DNA from: Candidatus Methanomethylophilaceae archaeon
GTDB taxonomy: Archaea; Thermoplasmatota; Thermoplasmata; Methanomassiliicoccales; Methanomethylophilaceae
Assembly (NCBI GenBank): GCA_050944155.1
Contig: JBMNQN010000003.1
Location: 1-64,000, forward strand
DNA length: 64,000 nucleotides
Reading direction: 5' to 3'
Both the position numbers and the translations under genes were made by a program. Below are positions 38,426 through 49,070 of this stretch, piece after piece. The first letter of the stretch is position 1, and each line of letters begins with the position of its first letter. The notes under the pieces are model-generated. The model saw nothing but the letters and a program-made list of their open reading frames with translations. It did no database searches and had not been told where the DNA came from.

Positions 38426-40354
38426 TCACTGTTCGTACTCTCTGTCGTCTTCGTCGGAAAAGTCCGCCGAAGGACAGGGTCCGTAGCATTCTCTGCAGAA
38501 TATGCACTCGTCCTCGTCGATGTGCACCTTTCCGTCTTCCATATACAGGGCGCCGGGGTTGCACCGGGCCGCGCACAGTCCGCATCCGATGCACTGTTCG
38601 GCTCTCACCACGCACTGCCAGGCCTGGTTCATCTTGTTGCGGGCGTCGTTGATGTTGTTGGATTTCGAAGTGATTGCGCCTTCGCGGTATATCGTGACAT
38701 AATCGGCGGAAACGTATTCTCCGTCCGGGTCTTCGTCCAGAACCCAGCCCAGCGCACGGCAGAACGGTTTTATTTTTTTGATGTCCACGGGTCTGGAAAG
38801 CGCCGCTTCTATGCTGTACCCCATGGAACACGGGGAGTATCCGTCCTGTACTTTGATCCTCAGGGGACCGTTTCCGTCCGATTTTTTCAGAGTAAGGTCC
38901 GACAGTTTCTTTCCGGTCACTCTTTCCACCTCTTCCCTTATGGACGCCGGAGTCTTTTTCCACCTCCAAAGTCCGAATTTTTTCCATTCCGGAGGCAGTC
39001 CGTGCTCCTTCGCGTAATCATCGAGGTAATCGTCCCAAAGGGTATATCTTTTGCTTTTTCCCTCCATGGCTCCGAATTCCGACAGATCGGAAGCGGGGCA
39101 CAGGAAACAGCCTATGCGGTCGAGACCCTTCGAGTACCACGGGTTGAACGGCTCCTTTTTTCCGAATATGTAAAGCCACACGTGCATGGCCGACCAGTTC
39201 TGTATGGGTGCGGCGCCCAGCTGTCCGGGGGTCCAGGGATTTCTCCACACACGGGGTTTGGCGTTTCTCGCCTCCGATTCGTATTTTCTCTGGCCGATGA
39301 ACGAAAGAACCCCGCCGGGGAAGTTTTTGTTTATTGCGGAAACCGTGGGGGCGAGTTTGTTGGTTTTGCAGCACCATCTGTAGTCTTTGGCGGGAGGTCC
39401 GAAGTATACCAGGTTTCCGAAGAAAGCGTCGTCGGGAGCTTTCTCTTCGATCAGATGCAGGCCGTGTCTTTCCGCCGTTTCCCGTACGTAATCCACGGTT
39501 TCGTCGAATTCCAGTCCCGTGTTGACGAAAAGAACCGGAAGTTTCATTCCCGCGTCCAGGGTCAGAAGCAGGCAGGCAAGGCTGTCCTTTCCTCCGGAGA
39601 ACGAAACCACGGCGGGAAGGTCGTTCCTTTCCGTTGTGCGTTTTATGAAACCGACGGCTTCGCTCACTCTTTTTTCCATGATTTTTTTATTGGCTTCGGC
39701 GGCTTCTTCCCAGGTGTGTGTTTTCGAACCCGTTATCCTTTCTTCGGGTTTGTACCATCTGGGTTTTACAGCAACCCCTCTTCCGCCGACCATCTCCGAA
39801 GCGTTCGCTTTGGCGTTTCCGGCAGCTATGATTTTGAAGTCGGAAGTTACGATTACCACTTCGTCTCCCGATTTGACGTCAGGATGAACTCCGGTCACCC
39901 CGGGAGCCATCAGGTTTTTGCTTTCTCTGACGTACTTCACGGCGCTGTCGTCGCATATTACGTACCCTTTGCTCAGAACGCCCTCCAGTCTCATGGCGCC
40001 CTGCATTCTCAGGAGGCATTTCCATCCCGCCCCCAGGTCGTATTTCATGGATGCGACAACGGTTCCGTCGCAGACGACTTCGTCCATACGGTCGAGACCC
40101 GGGCATTTGTTCATAATCACGAGATGTCCGTCCGGGAGAACCGCACGGCCGGAACCTTCGCCGTAAGCCGAATCCAGAGTTTCTCTCACCAAATTTATAT
40201 CGTATTCGAATGCGGGACGGGAATCGGCGGGAGGCGTAAGAACAACCTCTTCAGTTCCGGATTCGCATACGGGGCAGGAACGCTCTTCGAGAATCGGCAG
40301 GTTGCACTCTCTGCACCATCTCAGGTGATTCTTCCCCAGTCTTACGGCGGCCAT
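38426..40354 (-). CDS. PAPS-reductase-family protein with N-terminal Zn motif, PUA domain and C-terminal 2x[4Fe-4S]
   Basis: WC..CN.P..C..C; MAPGV (PUA); SFSGGKDS; RWCCK..K; RIGC..CP; CIGCGLC..C and CIFCREC..C; alternative GTG start at 40402. Confidence 0.85.
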   Translation of the reverse strand: MAAVRLGKNHLRWCRECNLPILEERSCPVCESGTEEVVLTPPADSRPAFEYDINLVRETLDSAYGEGSGRAVLPDGHLVIMNKCPGLDRMDEVVCDGTVVASMKYDLGAGWKCLLRMQGAMRLEGVLSKGYVICDDSAVKYVRESKNLMAPGVTGVHPDVKSGDEVVIVTSDFKIIAAGNAKANASEMVGGRGVAVKPRWYKPEERITGSKTHTWEEAAEANKKIMEKRVSEAVGFIKRTTERNDLPAVVSFSGGKDSLACLLLTLDAGMKLPVLFVNTGLEFDETVDYVRETAERHGLHLIEEKAPDDAFFGNLVYFGPPAKDYRWCCKTNKLAPTVSAINKNFPGGVLSFIGQRKYESEARNAKPRVWRNPWTPGQLGAAPIQNWSAMHVWLYIFGKKEPFNPWYSKGLDRIGCFLCPASDLSEFGAMEGKSKRYTLWDDYLDDYAKEHGLPPEWKKFGLWRWKKTPASIREEVERVTGKKLSDLTLKKSDGNGPLRIKVQDGYSPCSMGYSIEAALSRPVDIKKIKPFCRALGWVLDEDPDGEYVSADYVTIYREGAITSKSNNINDARNKMNQAWQCVVRAEQCIGCGLCAARCNPGALYMEDGKVHIDEDECIFCRECYGPCPSADFSDEDDREYEQ

Positions 40355-40484
40355 GTCCCGGTTCAGCGTTTCGGTTGTATTAAGTTGCTTTGACCGTGTC
40401 ACGCCGTTGCGTAAAGACGTTATTCCGCCCCGGTCCGGAGCATCTTTTATTTATTTCCATGTCAGTGGGCCGGAGGGGATACCC

Positions 40485-41690
40485 TTGAGAAAGAAAATCA
40501 GAGCTTCGAGAAGATCGATGGGAATGGATTACGCCATACGCGAGGTCAACGTTCCCGCCGAAGAGGCCGCCAAAAACGGAAAAGACATCATAGGCCTCAA
40601 CATTGGAGACCCCAACAAATGGGATTTCAAAACTCCGGAATACTTCAAAGAAACTCTGAGAAGGGCCGTCGACGAAACGGACAACGGATACGGGAATTCC
40701 CAGGGAAATCCCGATTTCAGGGAAGCGATTGCTCAGCGCGAATATGAAAAACACGGCGTAAGGATAACCGCCGAAGATGTTTACGTGTGTTCCGGGGTCA
40801 GCGAAGGAATAAGCACCCTTATGGGAACTCTTCTGGAACCCGGGGACGAAGTTCTGGTTCCCGGTCCCGGCTACCCGTCGTATGCCCAATACATAGGATT
40901 TTTCGAAGGACGTACGGTGCCTTACAGGCAGATAGAGGAAGAAGACTGGGCTCCGGACGTGGACATGATCCGTAAAAGGATCACCAACAGAACCAAAGCC
41001 CTCGTCATGATAAATCCCAACAATCCGACGGGAGCCGAATACGAGGAGAAGGACATTAAAGAGATAGGAAACATCTGTGCCGAATACCAGATTCCTCTGA
41101 TTTCCGACGAAATTTACGATAAACTCGCTTTCGACGGGGATTTCTTCTCGGCTTCCAGACTGGGAAGCGATGTTCCCAGAATAATTATGAACGGATTCTC
41201 CAAAGTCAACCTCATGCCCGGCTGGAGAGTCGGATATTTCTACCTAATGGACGAAAACGGACTCATGGACGAGATAAGGGAAGGCGTGATGAAACAGTTC
41301 AGGGCACGCATATGCCCGAACGTTCCCTGTCAGGAGGCCGCCAAGGCGTCCCTCCAGGGACCTCAGGATTATATAGACGACATGAACAGAAAACTGAAGG
41401 AACGCGCCGATTTCTCGTACAAAAGACTGAACGAGATAGACGGAATCGAAACCCGCAGGGCTCACGGGGCGCTGTACATGTTCCCGAGCATAGATCTGAG
41501 GGGGCGTCCCTGGAAGACGGACAAAGAATTCGTTCTGGATCTGATCAAAGAAGAGGGGGTGGTCCTCGTCCACGGTTCCGGTTTCTGCAAAGAATTCGGA
41601 AACGACCATTTCAGAACCATTCTGCTTCCTCCCATGGAAAGACTGGAAGAAGCCTACGACCGTCTCGAAAGATTCATGGACAGGCACTGA
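40485..41690 (+). CDS. Class I/II PLP aminotransferase (alanine aminotransferase-like)
   Basis: YAIR, LNIGDP, INPNNPTG, SDEIYD, NGFSK...PGWR.G; TTG 40485 follows a GGAGGGG Shine-Dalgarno. Confidence 0.9.
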   Translation: MRKKIRASRRSMGMDYAIREVNVPAEEAAKNGKDIIGLNIGDPNKWDFKTPEYFKETLRRAVDETDNGYGNSQGNPDFREAIAQREYEKHGVRITAEDVYVCSGVSEGISTLMGTLLEPGDEVLVPGPGYPSYAQYIGFFEGRTVPYRQIEEEDWAPDVDMIRKRITNRTKALVMINPNNPTGAEYEEKDIKEIGNICAEYQIPLISDEIYDKLAFDGDFFSASRLGSDVPRIIMNGFSKVNLMPGWRVGYFYLMDENGLMDEIREGVMKQFRARICPNVPCQEAAKASLQGPQDYIDDMNRKLKERADFSYKRLNEIDGIETRRAHGALYMFPSIDLRGRPWKTDKEFVLDLIKEEGVVLVHGSGFCKEFGNDHFRTILLPPMERLEEAYDRLERFMDRH

Positions 41691-41737
41691 CGGAATTCCG
41701 TCGTAAATATGAATAAAAGGTACGCTCATTCCCGACC

Positions 41738-42262
41738 ATGAACTTCAGGGAAATATGCGAAAAGAGACAGAGTTGCCGTTCCTTCGACCCTTCCAGAACC
41801 GTCGAAAAAGAGAAACTAGACGCCTGTCTCGAAGCGGCGAGACTCGCTCCGTCGGCGTACAACTCGCAGCCTTACAGAATGTGGGCGGTTACCGGAGAAA
41901 AAGCGAAACTCATCGCCGATTACGGATATTCGGGAGTGGGAAAGTTCTGCGGGGACTGTTTTACTTACGTGGTTTTCACGGAGGACGATTACAGCCCGGC
42001 GGCGAAAGCGGGTTCCGAAGCCAAGGGAATGGATTTCAGATCCATCGATTTGGGCATAGCTTCCGCATACCTCACGGCGGAAGCGACGGAAAAAGGACTG
42101 GATTCCTGTATAATGGTGTCTTTCAACGATGAAAACGTCCGGAAAATCATAGGCTCCGACAGGAGAGTACTGATGGTGGTTGCTCTGGGATACCGCAGAC
42201 CGGACGATTCACAGAGGATAAAAAAGAGAAAATCCTCCGACGAAATAATCGTCAGAGTTTAA
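41738..42262 (+). CDS. Nitroreductase family protein
   Basis: R.S.R.F, AARLAPSA.N.QP, D.GIA, GL.SC. Confidence 0.88.
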   Translation: MNFREICEKRQSCRSFDPSRTVEKEKLDACLEAARLAPSAYNSQPYRMWAVTGEKAKLIADYGYSGVGKFCGDCFTYVVFTEDDYSPAAKAGSEAKGMDFRSIDLGIASAYLTAEATEKGLDSCIMVSFNDENVRKIIGSDRRVLMVVALGYRRPDDSQRIKKRKSSDEIIVRV

Positions 42263-42266
42263 GGGT

Positions 42267-42683
42267 TTAAAGTTTTTCGAATCTCTGGAGCATCTTGACG
42301 ACCGCGTCCACCGCGTCCCGTCCTTTCTCGATGCGGTCCATCGCCTGCAGCTGGGTCTCTCCGGGCCCGGTTATTCCCAGCGCCACGGGCTTGTTGTATT
42401 CCAGCGAAAGGTCCGTAATTTTCCTTGCGGCCTGCGCCATTATGACCTGGTCGTGGTCGGTTTCCCCTTTGATTACGGCGCCGATGGTGATAACGGCGTC
42501 CAAATCGTCCATTTCCAGAAGTTTCTTCACGGCCAGGGGTATGTCGTATACGCCGGGTACGAAAACTTTTTTGGTTATTTTCACTCCGAGGAATTCGGCT
42601 TCGGCCTCGGCCCTCTGGATCATCATAGACGTTACGTCGAAGTTGAATTCGGCCGCAACCATTCCTATTCTGTATTCTTTCAT
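42267..42683 (-). CDS. ribH: 6,7-dimethyl-8-ribityllumazine synthase
   Basis: AEFN, VPG.YD.P, GAVIKGET.H, KPV.LGI.GPG. Confidence 0.94.
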   Translation of the reverse strand: MKEYRIGMVAAEFNFDVTSMMIQRAEAEAEFLGVKITKKVFVPGVYDIPLAVKKLLEMDDLDAVITIGAVIKGETDHDQVIMAQAARKITDLSLEYNKPVALGITGPGETQLQAMDRIEKGRDAVDAVVKMLQRFEKL

Positions 42684-42687
42684 TTTT

Positions 42688-43582
<895 letters not shown>

Positions 43583-43584
43583 TT

Positions 43585-44295
43585 TCAGAGATCAGCTCCG
43601 GTTTTCTGTTTGAATTCTTCCCATTTCTCTATCACTTCGTTTCCGGTGACGAACTGGAATCCGTTTTCTTCGGCGAAGGAAAGGGCTTCCTTTTTGGACT
43701 TGGCGTTTCCGTCGTCCCCCATCATCTCGCATATGGTCGCAGACGGCCTGACGCCCGCCATGTACATCAGTGCGGTGCAGAGTTCGGTGTGGCCTTTTCT
43801 CCCGGTGAGCAGTCTTTCGCTAGCGTTGAGAAGATGTACGTGCCCCGGAGACCTGAATTCCCTGCCCATCTGTTCCGCGATTTCCGACGGAGATTTGTCT
43901 TGGAAAATGACCTCCGCATATCTGGATATCGTAAGGGCTCTGTCCCTGTCGGTGATCCCGGTGTAGGTTTTGCGGTGGTTTATGGTCACTCCGAAGGACG
44001 ATTTCGTTCTGTCGTAAGGAATGTCGTTCGGCGCCATGGCTTTGAGAACGGGGAATCTTCCGGAGTCGTCGTAGTAAACGTCGGCCATGAACGGAAGTCC
44101 GATGTCTTTCGCGATTTTGTGGGGGGTGGTCGTGCAGACGAGTCCGCCTGCTTCTTTTCTCAGAAGGCGGACCGTCTCGTAAGTGACGAATTCGGAGGCG
44201 ACGGTTATGTCCGTCTCGCCCTCGCGGTCGTCGAAATCGTAAACAAGAACGGGTTTGCCCGTTCTGATATCCGCCAGAACTTTTTCGAAATTCAT
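43585..44295 (-). CDS. ribB: 3,4-dihydroxy-2-butanone 4-phosphate synthase (archaeal type)
   Basis: YD.D.REGETD, TGITD.DRA.T, FRSPGHV, R.GHTE, ICEM; start ATG 44295. Confidence 0.93.
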   Translation of the reverse strand: MNFEKVLADIRTGKPVLVYDFDDREGETDITVASEFVTYETVRLLRKEAGGLVCTTTPHKIAKDIGLPFMADVYYDDSGRFPVLKAMAPNDIPYDRTKSSFGVTINHRKTYTGITDRDRALTISRYAEVIFQDKSPSEIAEQMGREFRSPGHVHLLNASERLLTGRKGHTELCTALMYMAGVRPSATICEMMGDDGNAKSKKEALSFAEENGFQFVTGNEVIEKWEEFKQKTGADL

Positions 44296-44632
44296 ACTAC
44301 CGGGACTGTTCGGACGCTGTGATATAAAAAATTTTTTGCCCATCTACCCAAAATGCGGTAGGTAAAACCGTACGTTGTTTAACGCATCTTATCTTATGCG
44401 GGACAAATGTCCGATGCGCGGTGTGACGGAGCATAATTCCGGAAGACATCGGCAGTTATGGAATATGGTTTGCCGAAACCGAATATGCAATGATTCTATT
44501 ATAATTCGAAGACTTGAAAAACATCGGAACACGAATTTATGCGTTCGCCGCAGTGCAATCATCTAATATCGGGACTCCGGAACGTCTCCGACCAAGGTAA
44601 TCGTTTAATACGCACAGGGAATCGCATCCCCG

Positions 44633-45649
44633 ATGTCCAACGGAAAGAGCATTCAGGGCTCTCTCTTTTTCAAACAGACCGTCGAGTTCCCGGAACAGAT
44701 AGAGGCGGCTCTGGGCACGGAAGTTCCGAAACTTCCCAAAGCGAAGAAAGTGTGCATAAGCGGAATGGGAGCATCCGCGCTTGCCGGGGACATTCTTTCG
44801 GATTTCGCCGACGAAAGCTCCAAGACTCCTCTGTATGTGGTGAGAGGCGCCGAATTCCCCCGCTGGGTGAAGGAAGACACCTGGGTCATTCTGGTAAGCT
44901 ATTCCGGAAACACGAAGGAGACTCTTGCGGCCTACGACGAAGCAACCAAACGCAAATGCAAAGTCGTGTGCGTAACGTCCGGAGGAGAACTTTATTCCAA
45001 ATGTCTCAGCCGCAAGGATCCCGTGGTGAGCATGTACGGCAGTATGCAGTCCCGCACGGCACTCGGAATTCTGCTGGGAACCCTGGCGTCCGTTCTGGAA
45101 GCCATGGGAGTTTCCAAAGCAAAAACCGAACTGGAAAAAATCGTTCCCGCGCTCAAAGAGGAAAGGGACAGAATACTTTCCGACGACTGCCGCGAAGCCA
45201 TGGAAATAGCGGAGAAACTGAACGACAGAATACCCGTTATTTACAGTCTCGCCAACATGAGGTCTTCCGCCATACGCTGGAAGACCCAGATAAACGAAAA
45301 TTCCAAAAACATTTCTTTCTGCGGTTCAATCCCGGAGTTCAACCACAACGAAATCGTGGGATGGACGGACGACAGAAACAACAACCGCAACTTCGTCCCC
45401 GTCGTGCTTTACGACGACGGCGCTTCCGGTATGATTAAGGGAATGACCGACACTCTGATAGAGATTCTTTCGGACAGCAACCTTCAGATAATCACCCACC
45501 ACGTTAACGGTTCCAGCAACCTGGAAAAGAACCTGAAAAGCATAATTCTCGGAGACATAGTTTCCATCCTTCTTGCGGACCTTCTGAGCACGGATCCCGT
45601 AACGGAAAAACCTCTCAGGGAAGCCAGGGAAAGAGCGGAATCCAGCTGA
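44633..45649 (+). CDS. Bifunctional phosphoglucose/phosphomannose isomerase (SIS domains)
   Basis: GMG.S...G, SYSGNT.ET, TSGG.L, RWKTQINEN.K, PE.NHNE. Confidence 0.88.
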   Translation: MSNGKSIQGSLFFKQTVEFPEQIEAALGTEVPKLPKAKKVCISGMGASALAGDILSDFADESSKTPLYVVRGAEFPRWVKEDTWVILVSYSGNTKETLAAYDEATKRKCKVVCVTSGGELYSKCLSRKDPVVSMYGSMQSRTALGILLGTLASVLEAMGVSKAKTELEKIVPALKEERDRILSDDCREAMEIAEKLNDRIPVIYSLANMRSSAIRWKTQINENSKNISFCGSIPEFNHNEIVGWTDDRNNNRNFVPVVLYDDGASGMIKGMTDTLIEILSDSNLQIITHHVNGSSNLEKNLKSIILGDIVSILLADLLSTDPVTEKPLREARERAESS

Positions 45650-45698
45650 GCGCCTGCCAACTCTTTTTTATCGATTAGCAGTTACAGGGTATGATATC

Positions 45699-46982
45699 AT
45701 GACCCGCGAGGACGCACAGTACATCAGAGAACAGGTGATGAACCACAACAAATGGTTCGAAGAAAGCATCCCCATGATTGCTTCCGAGAACCTTATGAGC
45801 CCCTTGGCCAAAGAGATGCTCATTTCCGATTTCGCCGACAGGTACGCGGAAGGACTTCCCGGAAAACGTTACTATCAGGGAAATATTTTCGTCGACAAAG
45901 TCGAAACCAAAGCGATGGAACTCGCCAAAGACCTTTTCAAGGCCGATTTCGCCGACGTAAGACCGATTTCCGGAACCGTAGCGAACATGGCCGTTCTTTT
46001 CGCTTTCGCTCAGCCCGGAGACACCATAACCACATGCGCCCTCGCACAGGGAGCCCACATTTCCACGTGCGAATTCGGTGCCTTCGGACAGAGGGGAGTA
46101 AATTCCGTTAACTATCCCTTCAACGAGGAGGACATGAACATCGACGTGGACAAAACCGCTAAGATGCTCCGCGAAGTGAAACCGAAAGTCGCGCAGTTCG
46201 GTCTTTCGGTTTTCCTCTTCCCGCCCCCGCTCAAAGAACTCAATGATGTGTTCCAGGAAGTAGGATGTCTCGTATGGGAGGACTGCGCCCACGTTCTGGG
46301 TCTTATCGCCGGAGGTCAGTTCCACGACCCGCTCAGAGAGGGCGTGAACATCGTTTCCGCGTCCACCCACAAAACTTTCCCGGGTCCGAACCACGGAATG
46401 CTTCTGGGAACCAATCTCACGGAAGATCAGGAAAAGAAGCTCAGGAAGGCGGTTTTCCCCGGAGTAACTTCCAGCCACCACCTTCACGCCATGGCCGCAC
46501 TTGCCGTGACTCTTGCCGAAATGCAGGTGTTCGCCGAAGATTATGCGGCGCAGACCTGCAAAAACGCCCGCAAGCTCGGTGAATCCCTTTACGAATTGGG
46601 AATTCCGGTGCTGTGTCCCGATCTGGGATTCACCAGATCCCACGCAATAGCCGTTGACGTTTCCGAATTCGGCGGAGGCAAAGACTGCGCCAAGCTTCTC
46701 GAAGATGCCAACATCATATGCAACAAAAACATGCTTCCCAGGGATATAAGTTCGGTGCGTCCTTCCGGTCTCAGGCTGGGGGCCCAGGAACTCACCCGCA
46801 TAGGCATGAAAGAGAGCGAGATGAAAGAAGTGGCCGAGTTAATAGCCAGAGTCGTCAAAAAGAAGGAAGACCCCGCAAAGGTCAAAGAAGACGTGAAGGC
46901 TCTGAAGAAACAGTTCACCGAAGTAAGGTACTGTTTCAACGAAGGATACCCGGCCTACGGATACCGCAAACTCGTGGATTAA
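45699..46982 (+). CDS. glyA: Serine hydroxymethyltransferase (archaeal type)
   Basis: IASEN, YAEG.PG.RYY.G, AH.LGLIAG, STHKTFPGP, PSGLRLG. Confidence 0.95.
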   Translation: MTREDAQYIREQVMNHNKWFEESIPMIASENLMSPLAKEMLISDFADRYAEGLPGKRYYQGNIFVDKVETKAMELAKDLFKADFADVRPISGTVANMAVLFAFAQPGDTITTCALAQGAHISTCEFGAFGQRGVNSVNYPFNEEDMNIDVDKTAKMLREVKPKVAQFGLSVFLFPPPLKELNDVFQEVGCLVWEDCAHVLGLIAGGQFHDPLREGVNIVSASTHKTFPGPNHGMLLGTNLTEDQEKKLRKAVFPGVTSSHHLHAMAALAVTLAEMQVFAEDYAAQTCKNARKLGESLYELGIPVLCPDLGFTRSHAIAVDVSEFGGGKDCAKLLEDANIICNKNMLPRDISSVRPSGLRLGAQELTRIGMKESEMKEVAELIARVVKKKEDPAKVKEDVKALKKQFTEVRYCFNEGYPAYGYRKLVD

Positions 46983-46990
46983 ACCGCAAA

Positions 46991-47020
46991 AGAGACGCCG
47001 TACCCGTGTACGGCGTTTCT
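46991..47020. terminator. Hairpin between convergent glyA and the membrane-protein pair
   Basis: AGAGACGCCGTAC-ccgt-GTACGGCGTTTCT, a 13-bp stem flanked by A/T runs. Confidence 0.55.
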
Positions 47021-47151
47021 TTAACCGCGTCGCGGCGCATCGTTATGGAGAACGTTCTTAATCGGAACGGGAAACAAAAAAGAAAATTTAAGAGGTTTAA
47101 CCGAAAAGTCCTTCAAGGTGGCAGGTGGAGGCAATTACCTGTCCGTCCGCT

Positions 47152-47487
47152 TCAGGACGAAACGGCTTTTTCGGATGCTGCGTTCCCGACATAGCGGTTG
47201 CTTATGAACACCATAATCGCCCATACGGCGAAAATTGCGAGAACCATGCCGACGCCTATCGTTCCCATTTCGTACAGCATAGCCGATGTATCCGCGGGAT
47301 CCGACATGGCGGTAAGGAACGGGAACCAGGGCACGATTTCGCCGTGCCATATGTGTTCCACCGCCAGGGCTATGACGGTTGCCCAAAGCATGATGTTGAG
47401 CCATTCCATGTGATATTTTTCGGGTGCCCTCTTTGCAATCGGCAGGGTCGCGATTCCGACTCCCGCCGCAACCAGGAAACATGCCAT
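47152..47487 (-). CDS. Small 3-TM membrane protein (MACFL...)
   Basis: ATG 47487; MLW...LAVEHIWHGEIVPWFPFLTAM. Confidence 0.8.
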   Translation of the reverse strand: MACFLVAAGVGIATLPIAKRAPEKYHMEWLNIMLWATVIALAVEHIWHGEIVPWFPFLTAMSDPADTSAMLYEMGTIGVGMVLAIFAVWAIMVFISNRYVGNAASEKAVSS

Positions 47488-47489
47488 TT

Positions 47490-47810
47490 TTACACACTCT
47501 CCTTTGCAGTTTTTTTGTTCGTTACGGAAATTTTGCCGGTTTTGAGGTTTTTGAAGAAAACATACGCTTCCCATATCGCGAATACCGGAATGAGCATCGC
47601 GATGCTGAGAACGAACGCTTCCGAACTGATTTCAAAAAATTCGCCGCCTTCCATCAGAAATCCTCCGACGTGGTCGACGAAAATACAAACCGCCAGACCC
47701 CACAGGGCAATCGCAAGGGGTCCGAATCTGTATTTCTCGGAAGAAAACAGACATCCGGCTGTCACCAGCATTGCCGCAACAGTTGTCACAATCAGCCACA
47801 TTCTTTTCAC
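47490..47810 (-). CDS. Small 3-TM membrane protein, probable paralogue of the downstream gene
   Basis: KY..L...LWG....FVDH parallels KY..L...LW....AVEH of its neighbour; 2-nt spacing. Confidence 0.75.
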   Translation of the reverse strand: MKRMWLIVTTVAAMLVTAGCLFSSEKYRFGPLAIALWGLAVCIFVDHVGGFLMEGGEFFEISSEAFVLSIAMLIPVFAIWEAYVFFKNLKTGKISVTNKKTAKESV

Positions 47811-47811
47811 C

Positions 47812-47839
47812 GTAATACTATTATGTATTACAGTAACAC
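47812..47839. promoter_or_regulatory. Candidate NikR-geometry operator GTAATA-N16-TAACAC, containing the palindrome GTAATAC-N6-GTATTAC
   Basis: Lies between the AT-rich promoter (47850-47875) and the GTG start at 47810. Confidence 0.5.
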
Positions 47840-47948
47840 GTTAAGTATACGAATTATTTATATTTATGTAATAAAACCGACGGGAAACGGGGAACAGCGG
47901 GCGAATCATATTTATTTATCAGCCTGACGATACGGATACGGCGATATC

Positions 47949-48266
47949 ATGGGTTTTATGGACAAGGTATCCGCAGGTCTGAAAAATGCAGACAGCAAGC
48001 TGGGTCAGGAAGTCGACGAAAGCAGGTACAACAGCAAAATCCGCTCTCTCGAAAAAGATATTTCGGATCTGAAGGCCAAACTCGGAGAAAAAGTATACGA
48101 AGCCTTCGAAAAGAACGAAGAATTCGATACGAAACCCTGCTGCGAGAAGATTAAATCCATATATGAAGAAATTGCAGCGGTCGAGGCGGAAAAAGAAGAG
48201 ATGATTGCGTCGGCCAAAGCCGAACGCGAGAAGAACCGCAAAGAAGCTTCCGATAAGAAAGAGTAA
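47949..48266 (+). CDS. Hypothetical coiled-coil protein
   Basis: MGFMDKV... charged helical protein with an LG..VY motif. Confidence 0.75.
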   Translation: MGFMDKVSAGLKNADSKLGQEVDESRYNSKIRSLEKDISDLKAKLGEKVYEAFEKNEEFDTKPCCEKIKSIYEEIAAVEAEKEEMIASAKAEREKNRKEASDKKE

Positions 48267-48370
48267 ACCCGTTTCACACGCGGAGAAACACTCCGCATTT
48301 TCTCTTTTTTGAATATATTACTATTACATTCGGTATCCGGAACGCCACTAGTTTCTGCCGACGGTAAATT

Positions 48371-48386
48371 GTTAGGCAAGCCTAAC
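48371..48386. promoter_or_regulatory. DtxR/IdeR/MntR-type operator GTTAGGC-AA-GCCTAAC
   Basis: 7-bp perfect arms with the TTAGG...CCTAA core, abutting TTTATTAA upstream of the DtxR-family gene. Confidence 0.75.
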
Positions 48387-48416
48387 TTTATTAACCAGAT
48401 GCGCATTCGTCTGATT

Positions 48417-49070
48417 ATGATTACCGATAATCGCGAAGATTATCTGATAGAGATACTCAGGCTGACAAAGGACGGTTCTCCTGCGAAAACCAGCGATCTC
48501 GCCAAAATACTCGGAGTCTCGCCTGCCAGTGTTTCCGGAATGATAAAGACGCTTTCCAAAGAGAATCTCGTGAAGTACAAAAAATACCACGGCGTAATTC
48601 TCACGGAAGAGGGAATGCAATACGCGAAACAGCTTCACAGCAAGCACCACATCATCGAACGGTTTTTCACGGGTGTTTTGGGCATGAGTCCGGACGAGGC
48701 CCACGACGAAGCTCACAGAATGGAACACATAATCTCGGACGATTCGGCGATACGCATATGCAGAATCATGGGAGTTCCGGACGAAAAATGCGACCTCTGC
48801 ACCGAATCCTGCGCCAACGACTCTCCCGTAAAAACCGTAACGGTTCTCGGGGATCTCAAACAGGGGCAGAAGGGGAGGATATCCCATATCAAAGGCGGAG
48901 ATCCGGCGTCTGTCAGGAAACTCATATCCATGGGGTTTGTTCCGGGCAGGGAAATAGAGATAGACTGCAACGTATCCAAAAGCTCTCCGAAAGTTGTAAC
49001 CGTAGGAAGTTCGACGATTGCGCTCGATGCCGAAACGGCGTCTTCGATTTACGTAGAGGTTGATGCCTGA
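48417..49070 (+). CDS. DtxR-family metal-dependent regulator with a C-terminal FeoA domain
   Basis: REDYL, LA..LGVSPASVS.M, H...E.F, A...AH.MEH; FeoA-like L..MG..PG..I. Confidence 0.9.
   Translation: MITDNREDYLIEILRLTKDGSPAKTSDLAKILGVSPASVSGMIKTLSKENLVKYKKYHGVILTEEGMQYAKQLHSKHHIIERFFTGVLGMSPDEAHDEAHRMEHIISDDSAIRICRIMGVPDEKCDLCTESCANDSPVKTVTVLGDLKQGQKGRISHIKGGDPASVRKLISMGFVPGREIEIDCNVSKSSPKVVTVGSSTIALDAETASSIYVEVDA

Noticed and set aside
44296-44632. Intergenic region upstream of the rib operon as an FMN riboswitch or other ncRNA
   Set aside because: No FMN-riboswitch consensus is recognisable. There are only short weak palindromes such as CTACC...GGTAG, which is insufficient support.
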